A stretch of DNA of 64,000 nucleotides from the NCBI GenBank assembly GCA_964016885.1, contig OZ024750.1:24552001-24616000 (forward strand), read 5' to 3'. The notes under the pieces were generated by a model. It had not been told where the DNA came from and did not search any database. It worked only from the letters and a program-made list of their open reading frames with translations. Position 1 is the first letter of the stretch; each line of letters starts with the position of its first letter. The DNA comes from Eledone cirrhosa. Taxonomy: Eukaryota. The position numbers were made by a program, and so were the translations under genes. Of this stretch, positions 1 through 37,090 are shown piece after piece.

Positions 1-420
1 TTTTCCTCTTCAAGTGAAACTTGAAAAAGTTAGTCAGTGATTGGCCGGAGAGGAAAGTGTCCTTCTTCAACCCTTTCAACCTTGTCCACCACACAATCTC
101 TTTCGCCATGGCCACAAGGCAGATGAAAACTGCCTGCCCTTCCTCCTCTTTAAAGGAGGATGGCGGGGCTATCTGCACAATGGACTCAGTCGATAACCGG
201 ATCCGTCCTATACCCGACAGCAGCTGTTCGACATAGCTCCACAAGTCAGCAATCCTCTCCTCGGGCACTGAACGAGTGCGTGCAGGACGGTTTCATCGCC
301 CTGCACGCATCTCGGACAGCACCTCCGTGCCTGTAGAGCTTATCCCGAACCGGCAACGCTCCCCGGAAGCACTGCCAGGCAAGGGATTTCTGGAAGTTGT
401 CCATAGGCCCCGGTCTGAAA
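1..420 (-). mobile_element. Tx1/L1-like LINE ORF2 C-terminal fragment
   Basis: zf-RVT-like LAWQCFRGALPVRDKLYRHG; similar sequence at 16700-16860. Confidence 0.7.
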
Positions 421-448
421 ATAAATATATATACACACACATATCTAT

Positions 449-532
<84 letters not shown>

Positions 533-546
533 TCACACACACACAC

Positions 547-582
<36 letters not shown>

Positions 583-586
<4 letters not shown>

Positions 587-1030
587 AGAGTCAGGACACC
601 GACGGATGAGCGCCAGCCGTCTCGACAGAAGAAATTTTGATTGACAGGTGGAGAACGAGAAGAATCAAGAAGTGGGCAACCATGAGTGGCTAGAAATACC
701 GGTGACGTGTACAATTCTTGATCACTCATGGAATGACAACAACAGGATCTAAATCAACAAACGAAGAAATTCGATGTTAAAGGACGATAGGAAAATCTGC
801 TTCGTAGAATCGAGACGTATCCGACGACCGCGCGATTTCAGAGTCAGGTTTGATCACCATATCGATCGTGCCTCGACCTGGTCGCCGGAGAAACAATTGT
901 AATATGTCCAATAATTCCTTTCGTCGAACACTGATTCTTTTTTTTTTTCTGTGATATCATACTCTGCTCTACGAGGGCATTGAGTGCTCATACGGCCTAC
1001 CGCATACGGACGCTTTAAGCATCCAACACC

Positions 1031-1034
<4 letters not shown>
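583..1034 (+). mobile_element. (TA)n-embedded Penelope-like terminal fragment (hammerhead + 3' tail)
   Basis: Flanked by (TA)n; hammerhead at 814-908; tail motif ATACTC..GAGTGCTC; related copies at 1081-1285 (-) and 11597-11808. Confidence 0.55.
814..908 (+). ncRNA. Type I hammerhead-like ribozyme, variant core CCGACGA, enlarged stem II
   Basis: Stem I GACGTAT/ATATGTC; core CCGACGA; stem II CCG-CGCGA..TCGC-CGG; GAAAC-AATT-GTA with palindromic stem III. Confidence 0.6.
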
Positions 1035-1083
<49 letters not shown>

Positions 1084-1391
1084 TATTGGAGGTGCAAATT
1101 AATTGCGTTCGTAGGCGTTATGCCAAGATGAGCACTCGATGCTCGTGGGGAGCAGAGTATCAATAATAACATATAAGTGAATAAAGAATCAGTGTTGCAT
1201 CATATACATATTTAATTATATATTACATATGTTTCACTGCTGATCAGCTCGAGGAACGATCGATTAATGATTGATCCTGACCCTGGGAGAGAGGGAGATT
1301 AAACATTTAATTGCATCCTATCACATTAACGATTTGAAAAATAAATAAATAACGTACAATAATGTGAAATACAAAATGAGGTTGCCTAAAG

Positions 1392-1533
1392 CTGCGGCCG
1401 CCAAACTTTCGGACCTCACGGACCACTAAATTCATAATTTTAAATCCCACGGACCACTAAATGAATTTTTTTAAAACAGATAAACACATTAACATTTTTC
1501 TGCGGACCACCAACCACTGGTTGGCGACGGCTG
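1392..1533. mobile_element. hAT (Charlie-like) MITE
   Basis: Degenerate TIRs CTGCGGCCGCCAA / TTGGCGACGGCTG; related 5' end CAGTGGTCGCCAAACTTTCGGACC at 13922. Confidence 0.55.
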
Positions 1534-1743
1534 GCCTTAAACACAAAGCTGGTCACTTCTCTATTTTGGCTTCATAACTTTGCTAAGGTAAGGCCGAAGA
1601 AGAAAATATGTTGTCGACATAGCCGGGGTGTCTCCGAATTATTGTTCGATACAGTACGGAATAACTTCTGGTGAATTGTGCCAAAAATACGTTGTTCGAT
1701 TCTCAGCAGGAATTATTTAATTTCACAGTAAAATTTTCTTTAC

Positions 1744-2372
1744 CCTATCTTAATATAATAAAGGGGGGAGTGCGGGACTACGTCCTGAATATATATTTTT
1801 TTATCCCCTTAGTAAAATAAGTTAGATTACTTTGAATAAATAATGAATGAATATTACATAAATTTCGTTGCTGTTGATTAAACATAAATATTCTTATATA
1901 TAATAATTGCTTATTTTAAGATTCACTTCTTTTAAAATTTTCAAATGTCAACACTTCCGGTAGGCGCCCATTATATCATAACACTTATTACATTGCTTAT
2001 GTTAACGTTCATATATTTGCATCATTATATAAGGTTGACTTTGCCTTTCATCCTTACGGAGTCGATAAAATAAAGTACCAGTAATGCACTGGGTAATTGC
2101 TGGCCTTGTGCCAAAAGTAGAAACAATTATATAAGGTTTAAATTTCTGTCGCTAATTTTCTCCTTTTTCGCTTTCATAAAATTTCTCCGTAATGCAGTTT
2201 ATATATAATATCGTCTTTTAGAAATTGTTTCATGGATTACTTTACTGATTACAGAAGAAAGTGCAACACAGAGTCCCTTCAACTTTTGTGCATATTCTCA
2301 ATTACGATTTTATTTGATGTATTATATCTACATGCTAGCAGAAAACTACCTGAAGGATGGTTTTTCTGCTAG
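1744..2372 (+). mobile_element. Non-autonomous Helitron with nested SINE (2032-2130)
   Basis: Homologous to 56442-56923; 3' hairpin ending in CTAG|T. Confidence 0.6.
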
Positions 2373-2500
2373 TTCTGTTAATTATAAAATCGCACAAAGG
2401 CACATGTAAAAATGTAAACATAACATCTTATATGAAATAAAATTACAATAGAGCATTACAATTCTGAACAAAAATACTAAAATCAATGTTAGAAACTTAC

Positions 2501-24256
<21,756 letters not shown>

Positions 24257-25111
24257 GGGATAATGCACGTATTACGAGCATCGTTTAGATTGCGTATGAC
24301 ATCCGTGTACAGAAGGTTAGTGAGTAATGAAGAATTTCATCACTTGCGAGTTGTGAGCTAGAGGGTTATAAAGAAAATCATTTTTTTTTTATCAGACCAT
24401 TCACGTTGTTGAAATCACGCTGCGATACCCCTGGGATGACATTTTGATTTTTAATTATCGTTATGACGAACGTAATTCGAGACCAGCTACCTCTATAACT
24501 AAGGCTCTAAGTAGAATATCTATAACTTTGTAGCATCGCCGAGGATACCATCTGTTATTTAGCATATATTTTCTTCACAAACAAGCACCACTTTTAGAAA
24601 AAGCTTACATAGAATCATGGCAAACATGAGTAAGTTTGTACATGCAAGGATACTTACAAAGAGTACACAAAAACAAACTTTTGCACTCACCCATCCTTAC
24701 GCATATGAGTGAAACCCAAATTATTCCACACACACGATCTCACTTTCATGTTAGTCAATGTACACCCATGTTAATATGCTCATCTGCAAAGAAATATATA
24801 TAATTTACACACGCCTGCGCGTGCACACACACACAGATGCAGGGGCCTTGTTTATCTTAAAAATGTGAGGGGGGACAAACCAACATTTGTTGATTCTTAA
24901 AGGAGCATAAATTGCTATTAGTGCCTTTCCCAAACCCTATCATATAAGTACAATTTTATGGTAATTAAATTTTATTTATTCAAATGAAGTTCAGAAATAA
25001 AAAAAATAAGCTTAAAAAGAATTTATTATATCAAGTAAACAAAAAATAAAACACAGGCTTGTCCCCTGGTACCCCCTTGAAACACATATGTATGTATATG
25101 CATCTCTCTCT

Positions 25112-25176
<65 letters not shown>

Positions 25177-25184
25177 CAGATTAA

Positions 25185-25235
25185 AGTTTAAGCAAAGAAT
25201 CGCTGCTTTCACCCTTAACTGGATCTTCTGAAACT
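25185..25235 (-). ncRNA. Hammerhead-like ribozyme, variant core CAGAAGA
   Basis: AGTTT-CAGAAGA-TCCagttaaGGGt-GAAA-GCAgcgattcttTGC-TT-AAACT, embedded in (TA)n; a truncated copy lies at ~19184-19234 (+). Confidence 0.5.
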
Positions 25236-25236
25236 A

Positions 25237-25342
<106 letters not shown>

Positions 25343-25349
25343 GCATATG

Positions 25350-26051
<702 letters not shown>

Positions 26052-26348
26052 GGAGTTAAATATCTGATGTATAGTAAGCGAACAAATATATTTAATTAAT
26101 TAAATTTATTCCCTTTGATGAATTATAGAGACCTCGGCAGACACATGAACTCATACTTCTTTCATCTTCAATATCTAATTCTCGAGGTAATTTTGCAGAA
26201 TTTTCCCCTTTTAAAATACATACATATATATATAACTACACACACACACGCACACACACATACATACAGACGCCGCGCACACACCTATACACATACACAC
26301 AAACACTCGCACATATATATACATACGTACATATATACATACATACAC

Positions 26349-26426
<78 letters not shown>

Positions 26427-26541
26427 GGAAAGTTATATTTAAATTGTTGGGTTAACAACGAGTAAATATTTATAACTGATATAAAAGCACTCAACAAGTA
26501 TTTGGAGTATATTTATATATATATATATTTATATATATATA

Positions 26542-26594
<53 letters not shown>

Positions 26595-26778
26595 AAGTTA
26601 TTCCGGGTTGAATCGGAGGTAACCACAGTAAGTAAGGTACTCAATACATAGCAGAGTATAAAAGTTTTAATATAGAAGAACTTCTACAGGACTAGAACTG
26701 TTTCATTCGTGAGAAATCAGATGATTTCTCACGAATGAAACAGTTCTAGTCCTGTAGAAGCTCTTCTATATTAAAACT
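26595..26778 (-). mobile_element. Microsatellite-embedded palindromic Penelope-like terminus
   Basis: Near-perfect hairpin 26663-26778 centred at CAGATGA..GAAAC..GTC; tail motif GTACTC..GAGTAT. Confidence 0.55.
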
Positions 26779-27335
26779 ATATATATATATATATATTAGG
26801 TATAGGATTATCCAAGATGTCGTGATGGTTAATTACTACACTGGATATGGTTGACGTACGGTAAGAGTGAATTTGCACGTAGCGGAACTAGGCTGCAGTA
26901 CCACCGTGGAAACACTTGTAAGCACACGGAATAAACTACCTTTTTATGATGTCTACCTGTTATTATTCATTCTTTATATATATATATATATGTAGTTATA
27001 AACAAGTATTGTTTTTCCTGATAGTTTGTAAATTTTTTACATAGATTTATAGGATATGCATACCAACACTAACATATATATCCTAGAAACGATCGTAAAA
27101 TGATGAATTTTTTAATATAAGGAACTGTTTCTTTGTTTATTCATTATTTTATTAATTTATATAAATATATATATATAATATGTAGAAAGGATAACACACT
27201 AGAGAGAGAGTGTGTGTACCATCAATAAACAGGGAAACCACCAGTGTATGGAATCTATAACCTACGGAAGGTAAGGTAGACACATGGTAATTAAAAATAT
27301 AAATCAAAATGTGTATACGCACCTCTAATAACGCG

Positions 27336-27822
<487 letters not shown>

Positions 27823-29339
27823 GCCTTCTTTCCCCCATCTCGTTCACTTCACATCATCCTAACATTACATTCGCTCGTAAAAATGTAATTTTATTCATGA
27901 AATAATTATTCTTAGTCAACATATTGGATATGATGCCAAATATATCTCCAATCACTTTTATGGTATAATACCTGACCAATGGCATTTGCGTTCTAAAGAT
28001 CTGTTTGTTTCTTTTTTAATTTTTTTTTTTGCTGTTTTTGCTTTTATTTTCTACTGAGGATTTTAAAAATAAAATATTACTTTTTTAAATTTTTTTACTC
28101 TTTTTAAATTTTTCCTCAAATTATGTATTTTTACATAATTTTCATCAAAGGTATTGTGACTGGAGTCCAGACATATTCGCCTATAAATATTCCATTACAT
28201 ATTTATACCTCTCTATTAATTTATATCTCCCTCAGTAATCTCCCCCTCTCTCTTTCACACTTTTAGTCTGTTGGTCTCTCTACTAAGATGTTTTGTCACC
28301 CTCTTAGTTTTTGTATTGTTCTTGTCCCTTGATTTACTTTTCGCAACTATCTCCCTCTTTTAATCCTACCTATATTGTAATATGGTGAGTAAAAGTATAT
28401 GCGATATCTATGAACTCTTAACATCTCCTAGATTAGTAGAGAATTCGTCGGGACATACAGCCGTCTTGGGCATATTTTAAAACATGGTGGATCCCATCCT
28501 TCACCATTTCTGAACACAGCCGATTTCTCCTAGTGCATCTGAAAGAGTGATAGAGCAAAAGTGAGTAAGAGAGAGACAGTGGAAGAATCGATCACAGTAC
28601 TGAACTCCTACTTTATTTATCGACCCCAAAGAATGAATGTTCACTATGGCAGTGAGCCAAAACGAATACCGCAAAGGATTCGAACCAACGTTCTAAAAAT
28701 TCTCCCAATTTGCGTCCCTTACACTTGATATAGGAGACCAACAAATTTTAATTAATCAAAATTATGTTTTCATAGATGAGAGAAATCATTATTTGAATTA
28801 CTAATTTTTGGTGAAAGAAAAAAGAAGCAGGCTAGACAATCCTATCTCTAAATCTAAAATATATTAAAATTGACGAAATATGTAAGGCAGTGTTGAATGA
28901 ATCTGATATTTAACAATACAGTCGGATGTTTCTCTCTGATTATATCTCATTAGAGAGCATCTTAGATGACTAGAGGAGTATACACGGTTTGTGATTTTGA
29001 AAATAGAGTAGCATTACACCTTAAAAGAACGACTGAGGAAGAATACCCAGCGACGCATGCTGCATGAAAATTTAATAATAAAGTTCATGTAGCAGACCAA
29101 GATATTCTAATTAATTGCATCTATAGAAATAAGTAGAATTATTATCAAAAATTACAAATCCCGGTCAAAATAGGCAGAGAAAACCACTCAGAAATTTTAA
29201 TTAAAATTAATTAAATGTGGAATGCTGTCCAGAGGGAATCTGATCTTTAGGTTTTTTTTTCTTGCCATCGTTTTAACATTACATGCTGGAAATCTGTTTT
29301 TAATTTATATTTTATATTTTAGGTTTCTGATTTTTTTTC

Positions 29340-29690
29340 CATAATTATTTGTCAATTCAGCTTCTATTTTGAACTTTTTGGCTTTCTTGAAGACAGAAAA
29401 CAATTTTTTGCCTTGGTCATGCTTCGTAGCTATTTGTATTAACTTTCCAGTATTCTTATTAGATATTTATGCGGTTTATGATAGTTTACTAGTTGCATAA
29501 GGCCCCTTCCTCCCTGTATTCGTGGGAGTTATAATCTTTCTACATCTCATTTTGGATGGTATATTCTAAATGCAGCCTTTATTTTTATAGTTTTTCTATC
29601 TAGTCCTGCTATTTGTACCTACTCCAGAATATTAAAACTGAAACTTATTACTGGAGCCGCTACAGCATTGATTCCTATTACCTTATTCAA
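29340..29690 (-). mobile_element. R4/NeSL-type (RLE) LINE RT C-terminal fragment, decayed
   Basis: NKVIGINAVAAPVISFSF..LDRKT..YHPK*DVERL*LPRIQGGRGL. Confidence 0.65.
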
Positions 29691-31201
29691 TGGAACAGCA
29701 TGCTCATAAAATGAACGTTTAAATGATTGAGCATTTCACAGACACAGTCAATCTTAACGTAATTCTCAGGAAGATTTAGCATTACGCAGTAGGAGAGAAG
29801 GCTGGCCCTTTGTAATACAGTTACAGTCCATCCAACGAGCTTCCAGTCAGTTCAATCTATCCAATTTCACTTACACAGCATGGGTTGACTCAAGACTATT
29901 GCAAATGACCCTTGACTCTTGCCCATGTTGCCACATTGTGGGTTTGAATTCCAAACCTAATGATTGCCAAGCGAACTTCTTAAACATTCGGCCATACGGT
30001 ATCCATACACACATGATATTGATGTTGGACCTCTGTCAGTTCCGACAACGAATGTCGCATATGATTCGATCAATGGAACAGCCAGCTCGTGAAATTATCA
30101 TGCTGGTGGCTGAGTTCTCCGCAGAACCTTATACCTTTTACTAAGTACTCAAAGAGATTCAACATGACACAGTGTGTAAAAATATTGGCCCTTTGAATTA
30201 CAGTTACAATTCAGTTTTGCCAGCTGAGTGGTCTAGAGCAATGTAAAATATAGTGTCTTTCTCAATGACACAACACACTACAAGAAATCGATCTGATGAC
30301 CTTACAATCGCAAGCTGAACACCTTAACAACTAAGTTACGCGCCTTCACACACGCATGCACATACACAATTTGTTTTGTTGATTACGTTCTTCTATTACT
30401 GTTCCATATAACCAATTTGTTGGTTGTCTCTAAACCTTCCCCTCCTCAATTTCTCTCTTTTATATTTTACCTTTTGTCATTTCATCGCTTTTTTTTTTCT
30501 TCTCTTCTTTAAATCAATAACCAGCACTCACGGTTTTTACTGTCGAATTAATTACTCAGTGCTGTCGACAATCAAAAATAGCAATTTACATTCATTGGAG
30601 TATGTAAAAACAAATTTCGACCAGTCCTGGCTTAAAATCTAAACTCAGTCAAGCATTTACTTACAGACTGATGAAACACATGAAACAGCAGTTAAACGCT
30701 TCAAGCAATTACAGACACAAGCCCGTATACAAACACACGCACACGCACACACATACACACACACACATATATATGCATATATAGATACATTCACACACAT
30801 ACAAATATCTATACCTCCACGCACACATGCCTCTGTGTGTGTATAAACGATGTGAATACACACACACACACACACATATACATATATATATATATATATA
30901 CTTCCACACGCACATGTCTTTCCCATGTAATTCGACAGGAAAAAAATAACAAATACTAGAGGAAAACGCGATAAGTAATTAAATGCTTGTTATTAAGAAT
31001 GTTAAGAATTTGGAAAGCAACGCAGCATGGCAAATTAGCTTCTTACCGATTGGATAATGTTCATCATAAATATTTATTTTTTTAGCCCAGTATCTACGGC
31101 AGTCAAATAATTTAGTGGAGAAGTTAACTTGTAGGTTAGAGGTCTGACTAGACTCGTAAATCAATGTAGTGTGAATGTTTCTGTGTGTATATATGGTTAG
31201 G

Positions 31202-31240
<39 letters not shown>

Positions 31241-31246
<6 letters not shown>

Positions 31247-31401
31247 TGTAATAAACAACATAAGATAATTATTTCATTTACCAGTGGTTTCTTGAAGACA
31301 AAATGAAATAATTATCTTATGTTGTTTATTACATAACTAAAAAGCTCTGTAGCCTACATAGAGCACTCACTTTTCCTTTACCTTTCCTACGGAAATACTT
31401 C

Positions 31402-31405
<4 letters not shown>
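31241..31405 (+). mobile_element. (TA)n-embedded palindromic Penelope-like terminus
   Basis: Hairpin 31241-31339 with GAAA-TAATTA-TC half-hammerhead in each arm; tail hairpin GCTCT..AGAGCACTC. Confidence 0.5.
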
Positions 31406-32100
<695 letters not shown>

Positions 32101-32110
32101 TATATACATA

Positions 32111-32146
<36 letters not shown>

Positions 32147-32295
32147 TGTATGTATGTATGTATGTATGTATGTATGTATGTATGTATGTATGTATGTATG
32201 TATATGTGATGTATGTATGTATGTATATGTGATGTATGTATGTATATGTGGTATATATATGTATGTATGTGAGGTATATGTCTGTATGTGTGGTA

Positions 32296-32331
<36 letters not shown>

Positions 32332-32338
32332 TATGTGG

Positions 32339-32374
<36 letters not shown>

Positions 32375-32408
32375 TATGTGGTATATATATGTATGTATGT
32401 ATATGTGG

Positions 32409-32440
<32 letters not shown>

Positions 32441-33612
32441 TGTATGTATGTATGTATGTATGTATGTATGTATATGTGGTATATATATGTATGTATGTGT
32501 GGTATATATATGTATGTATATGTGGTATATATATGTGTGTATGTATGTATATGTGGTATATATATGTGTGTATGTATGTATATGTGGTATACATATTTGT
32601 TTGAATGTCTAAGACCAATATGTTAAAATAATCATGTGTTTGTGTGATTCCAAGCATCAGATAATTCCAATGACAATTATTTCAAGACACCGCAGGCTAT
32701 ATTGTCTTATAAAGAAATGTAAATGAATTCCTGCAAAACCCCCGACAAAATTTGCAACTAAGTAGGGAACATTTCGATGTTCAATTGAGTCTCACTGATA
32801 TTTAAAGCAATAATTTTGTCCCGTGGTCATAAATAAAAAATTATGCTCAGCAGCGTCTAATGGCATAAATGTTCTATTTTCACCGGCAGTAATAATTTAA
32901 TTTGAAAATAGTTCATGTTTGTGTGCAGCACGAACAGATTCATATCAATGGTGACACATTCGAAACAGTAATTATTTTTTGGAAGGAATGTTTTGCTATG
33001 AAGCGGACGCTAAATTGATATTTCCGTTTTCCTCTTTCCAAGATACAGACGGGCAAATTCATTGTCTGGTCCCCGACGTATTTTCAAGTTTAAATCATTT
33101 ATTGAAAAGAAAGGGAAAACAACAAATAAAACACCTTTGGAATATATAGCCAGATTGGGGTGGTTTGAAAGTAGTGTATCCCCGGCAATTCGCGGTCCCA
33201 GTTATTCGCGGAATTTTCCTCAGAACCTACCTAATAATTTCTTCGTGGAAAACACCGGATATTCGCGGAATCGCAATTATCTTCCGCAATTTTTTTAATG
33301 ACTTTTTTGTGGCAATATACATTTTTTTAACGCTAAAATATTAATGTGCTTTTGCGGTCTTGTCCGCGGGGCACAACCCTTCTGCGCCAATGCCCTAGGC
33401 CCAAAGCTCAATCACCCTCCCCCTTCACCCCTCCCCTCTCTTCTGCGACACCAGCGTTCTTGGCAGCCCCTCCCCTTCCCGTTCTTTTTTTCTTTTTCTC
33501 TTTTTTCTCAATATTTTCCTAATTCTTTTTTTCTTTTGTTTCCTTTTCTTTCTTTTTTATTATATATATATATATATATACACATGTATGAATATATATA
33601 TATATATATGTA

Positions 33613-33674
<62 letters not shown>

Positions 33675-33739
33675 AATATATATATTAATATATATATATG
33701 TATGAATATATATATATATATGTATGAATATATATATGA

Positions 33740-33802
<63 letters not shown>

Positions 33803-33850
33803 AATATATATATGAATATATATATGTATGAATATATATATATGAATATA

Positions 33851-33917
<67 letters not shown>

Positions 33918-34041
33918 AGGAGGTGAGTTTTATTGTAGTACAATAAAGCAATGCAGATATCGGATAAGAAGCACTCTACAGTTTGTAGGACTGGAGTATG
34001 CATAATATAAGATCAAAAGATGGTTAAAGGAGTTCCATGTA

Positions 34042-34108
34042 TTTTATTATGCGCATTTCAAAAACAAACATCATCATGCAATAATATTTGTGTTTTCATC
34101 AGATAAAA
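34042..34108 (-). ncRNA. Hammerhead ribozyme (left arm of palindrome)
   Basis: Reverse complement of 34218-34284. Confidence 0.7.
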
Positions 34109-34217
34109 CGGGAGAACACGATATGAAGGCTAAAAAACACTTGTGGTTAGTGCAGTTTGTTGATATAAAACTGCACTATCCACAAGTGTTTTTTAGCCTT
34201 CATATCATGTTCTCCTG

Positions 34218-34284
34218 TTTTATCTGATGAAAACACAAATATTATTGCATGATGATGTTTGTTTTTGAAATGCGCATAATAAAA
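34218..34284 (+). ncRNA. Hammerhead ribozyme (right arm of palindrome)
   Basis: TTTTAT-CTGATGA-[36-nt hairpin stem II]-GAAA-TGCGCA-TA-ATAAAA; palindromic stem III, AUA triplet. Confidence 0.75.
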
Positions 34285-34316
34285 TACATGGAACTCCTTT
34301 AACCATCTTTTGATCT

Positions 34317-34363
<47 letters not shown>

Positions 34364-34375
34364 AATATATATATA

Positions 34376-34439
<64 letters not shown>

Positions 34440-34479
34440 TATATATATATTCATACATATATATATTCATATATATATT

Positions 34480-34523
<44 letters not shown>

Positions 34524-34567
34524 TATATATATATATATATGAATATATATATATATATATATATATA

Positions 34568-34650
<83 letters not shown>

Positions 34651-34653
<3 letters not shown>

Positions 34654-35035
34654 TGATATTAACCCCCAACACACTATATCAGACATAACGTTTGGCGCCC
34701 CTGATGTCTTAGCGGCAATAAACGAAATTAAACACAATTCAGCAGTAGGACCCGACAGGTTCCCTGCTTGTGTCCTGAAGGTGTGTCGACACCAACTTGC
34801 AACTCCTCTTGCTAATCTGTGGAGCAACTCACTGGACACTGGCTATATTCCTGAAAACATTCTGTCCTATAAGTTCCTTGCAGTGAACTACCGTCCGATC
34901 TCACTCACCTCTCATAATATCACGGTATTTGAGAGGGTGGTGAGATCACGAATAACCCACTTTCTTGAAAGCAGCGGCCTGCTGAACTCCAACCAACATG
35001 GATTCCGTAATGGAAGGGACTGCCTAACGCAGTCC
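34651..35035 (+). mobile_element. CR1-like LINE RT fragment
   Basis: [40 protein letters not shown]. Confidence 0.85.
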
Positions 35036-35335
35036 CCTGGTACCCCTCAGAAACAAGGCCCTTGTGTATGTATGTACATATATATATACATATATGTTTA
35101 TATCTTGTTTATATCTTCCTGTTGAAGATGAGAAAGGTACGCATCCATTTATTTATCTATATACCGCTCTATTTTCCTGGCTTCCATCTTGTATGTCTGT
35201 TTAGCTGTGTCTCTGTTTAGCCATTTATACATCCAGCCATCTGGGTTTTTTAAAATCAACTTGTTATTGCTCTTATTTCTCTCTGACTCTCTCTTTCTCT
35301 ACCTCTCAGCCACTCACTCTACCCTCACTCACTCA

Positions 35336-35380
<45 letters not shown>

Positions 35381-35467
35381 TCTCTCTCTCTCTCTCTCAC
35401 TCTCTCTCTCTCTCTCTCATCTATCTATCTATCTATTTCTATATATGTGTGTGTATATGTGTGTGTG

Positions 35468-35551
<84 letters not shown>

Positions 35552-35596
35552 CTCTCTCTTTTTTTGAATTATATATATATATGTGCGTATATACAT

Positions 35597-35950
35597 ATTG
35601 AGAAGCTGGGCTTCACAGAAACAGAAAGAACACGACTAGTTAGGAAATTACAAATACATTAATGGAACAGTAAAAATATGTAAAACATTCCAGACATTCT
35701 GCATCTAATAACTGCATATACACATGGACACATACAAAGCATATGCATATGCACACATATAACTCAAAACTTACATATCCACACATACAATAACATCTAT
35801 ACCTGCACACACATGCATGCATGCAGACATGCAGACATATCTACCTAGTTGATGTGTAAATTCCAATGATAGAGTCTTGTAACTATGTTAGAAACCGACT
35901 CTCTCTCTATTGGCAAAAATTTATGAAATTATACAACCAGCAGAACATAC
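35597..35950 (+). mobile_element. R4/Dong-like LINE 3' end
   Basis: [27 protein letters not shown], matching the C-terminus of the 63.2-63.9 kb element; longer copy at 46540-46960, 3' UTR repeated at 47200-47390; all end in (CATA)n. Confidence 0.65.
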
Positions 35951-36323
35951 ATATATACATACATATATATATATATACACATAATGGCTGCCCCCTCGTT
36001 ATCGAGTATGGCCATTGCACGAGAAAAAAAAACAAAAAAACATAATAATAACAATAATAATAATAATAACAACAATAATAATAACGACAACAACAACAAT
36101 AATAATATACATATATATATATACACACACACGCACACACAAAGATATCTATACACACACACGATAGCAATTAACAGCGCTGCGATCGAATGTGGCTTTT
36201 TAGCCCAGCCAATGATCTATATATATACATACACACATACATACATACATACATGCATGCATGCATACATACATACATACATACATACATACATACATAC
36301 ATACATACATACATACATACATA

Positions 36324-36918
36324 AATGGTGGCTGCCAACTCGATTTCGAGTACGGCCACTACTTTATATCCATGTAGGAGAACCCCTACCGATGCGCTGA
36401 ACGAGTGTGACTTTTTAGTCCAGCCAGCGACTTGAAAACTCTGGTACAAACACTAGACTTGTGACAATTATTGACGTGCTGGGCCCATGGTACCATGTGA
36501 CGACAAGTGCAGAGAGATCTCCAGATATAAAGCAATGCCTGTGCCGTGAAGTTTTTATAGTGAACAAAGGCACTGCACAAAGCCAGTCCCACTCTCTTAA
36601 CCAAGATGATATTTACCAAAAAGAAGAGCAAGTCAACATCATTGGATACCATCAGGGTTGCAGGTGTTATATCAGAGTTTTCCTTCTCCTAGAATTCTGC
36701 CTTGAAAAAGGCTAAGGGGTCATCTCTCCCGGTGATTTTGGATGGCCATTGACTCTCAAGAGCTCCTTTGCCCTTTGACAGGTTTTGTTTTTAGTCCTGC
36801 AGGATGTCCAAAGTCACCCTCCTCACTGGTGGGGTTGCCAGTTTAATCGCCAACGACCCGACCATGGGACAGGTTGTACTGGGATACATGTTACCAGTAG
36901 CACCAACTGGTGACCTGA
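36324..36918 (-). mobile_element. Internally deleted RTE-type element bounded by (CATA)n
   Basis: Putative 5' region fused to a terminal zinc finger (CSVCTRVFKSLAGLKSHTRSAH-like) and 3' stem-loop; related pieces at 51738-52560 and 63974-64000. Confidence 0.55.
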
Positions 36919-36936
36919 CATACATACATACATGAT

Positions 36937-37030
36937 GATGGCTGCCCCCTCGTTATCGAGTATGGCCATTGCACGAGGAGAAAAAAAAATATTAATAGAT
37001 AAATAAAAAATAAAATAAAATAAAAAAAAG

Positions 37031-37090
<60 letters not shown>

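Larger units (their letters stand above)
33913..34323 (-). mobile_element. (TA)n-embedded palindromic Penelope-like terminus
   Basis: Inverted repeat 34003-34323 with a full hammerhead in each arm; tail AGCACTC..GGAGTAT. Confidence 0.65.

Noticed and set aside
640-760. Possible GIY-YIG C-terminal remnant (VGNHEW..ILDHSW) before the 814 hammerhead
   Set aside because: Similarity is impressionistic and cannot be supported without a profile search.
26861-26898. Second GT..AG segment upstream of a GAAAC..GTA half-hammerhead
   Set aside because: Only 38 nt, no spliced counterpart in the window, and no ribozyme core or stem I visible.
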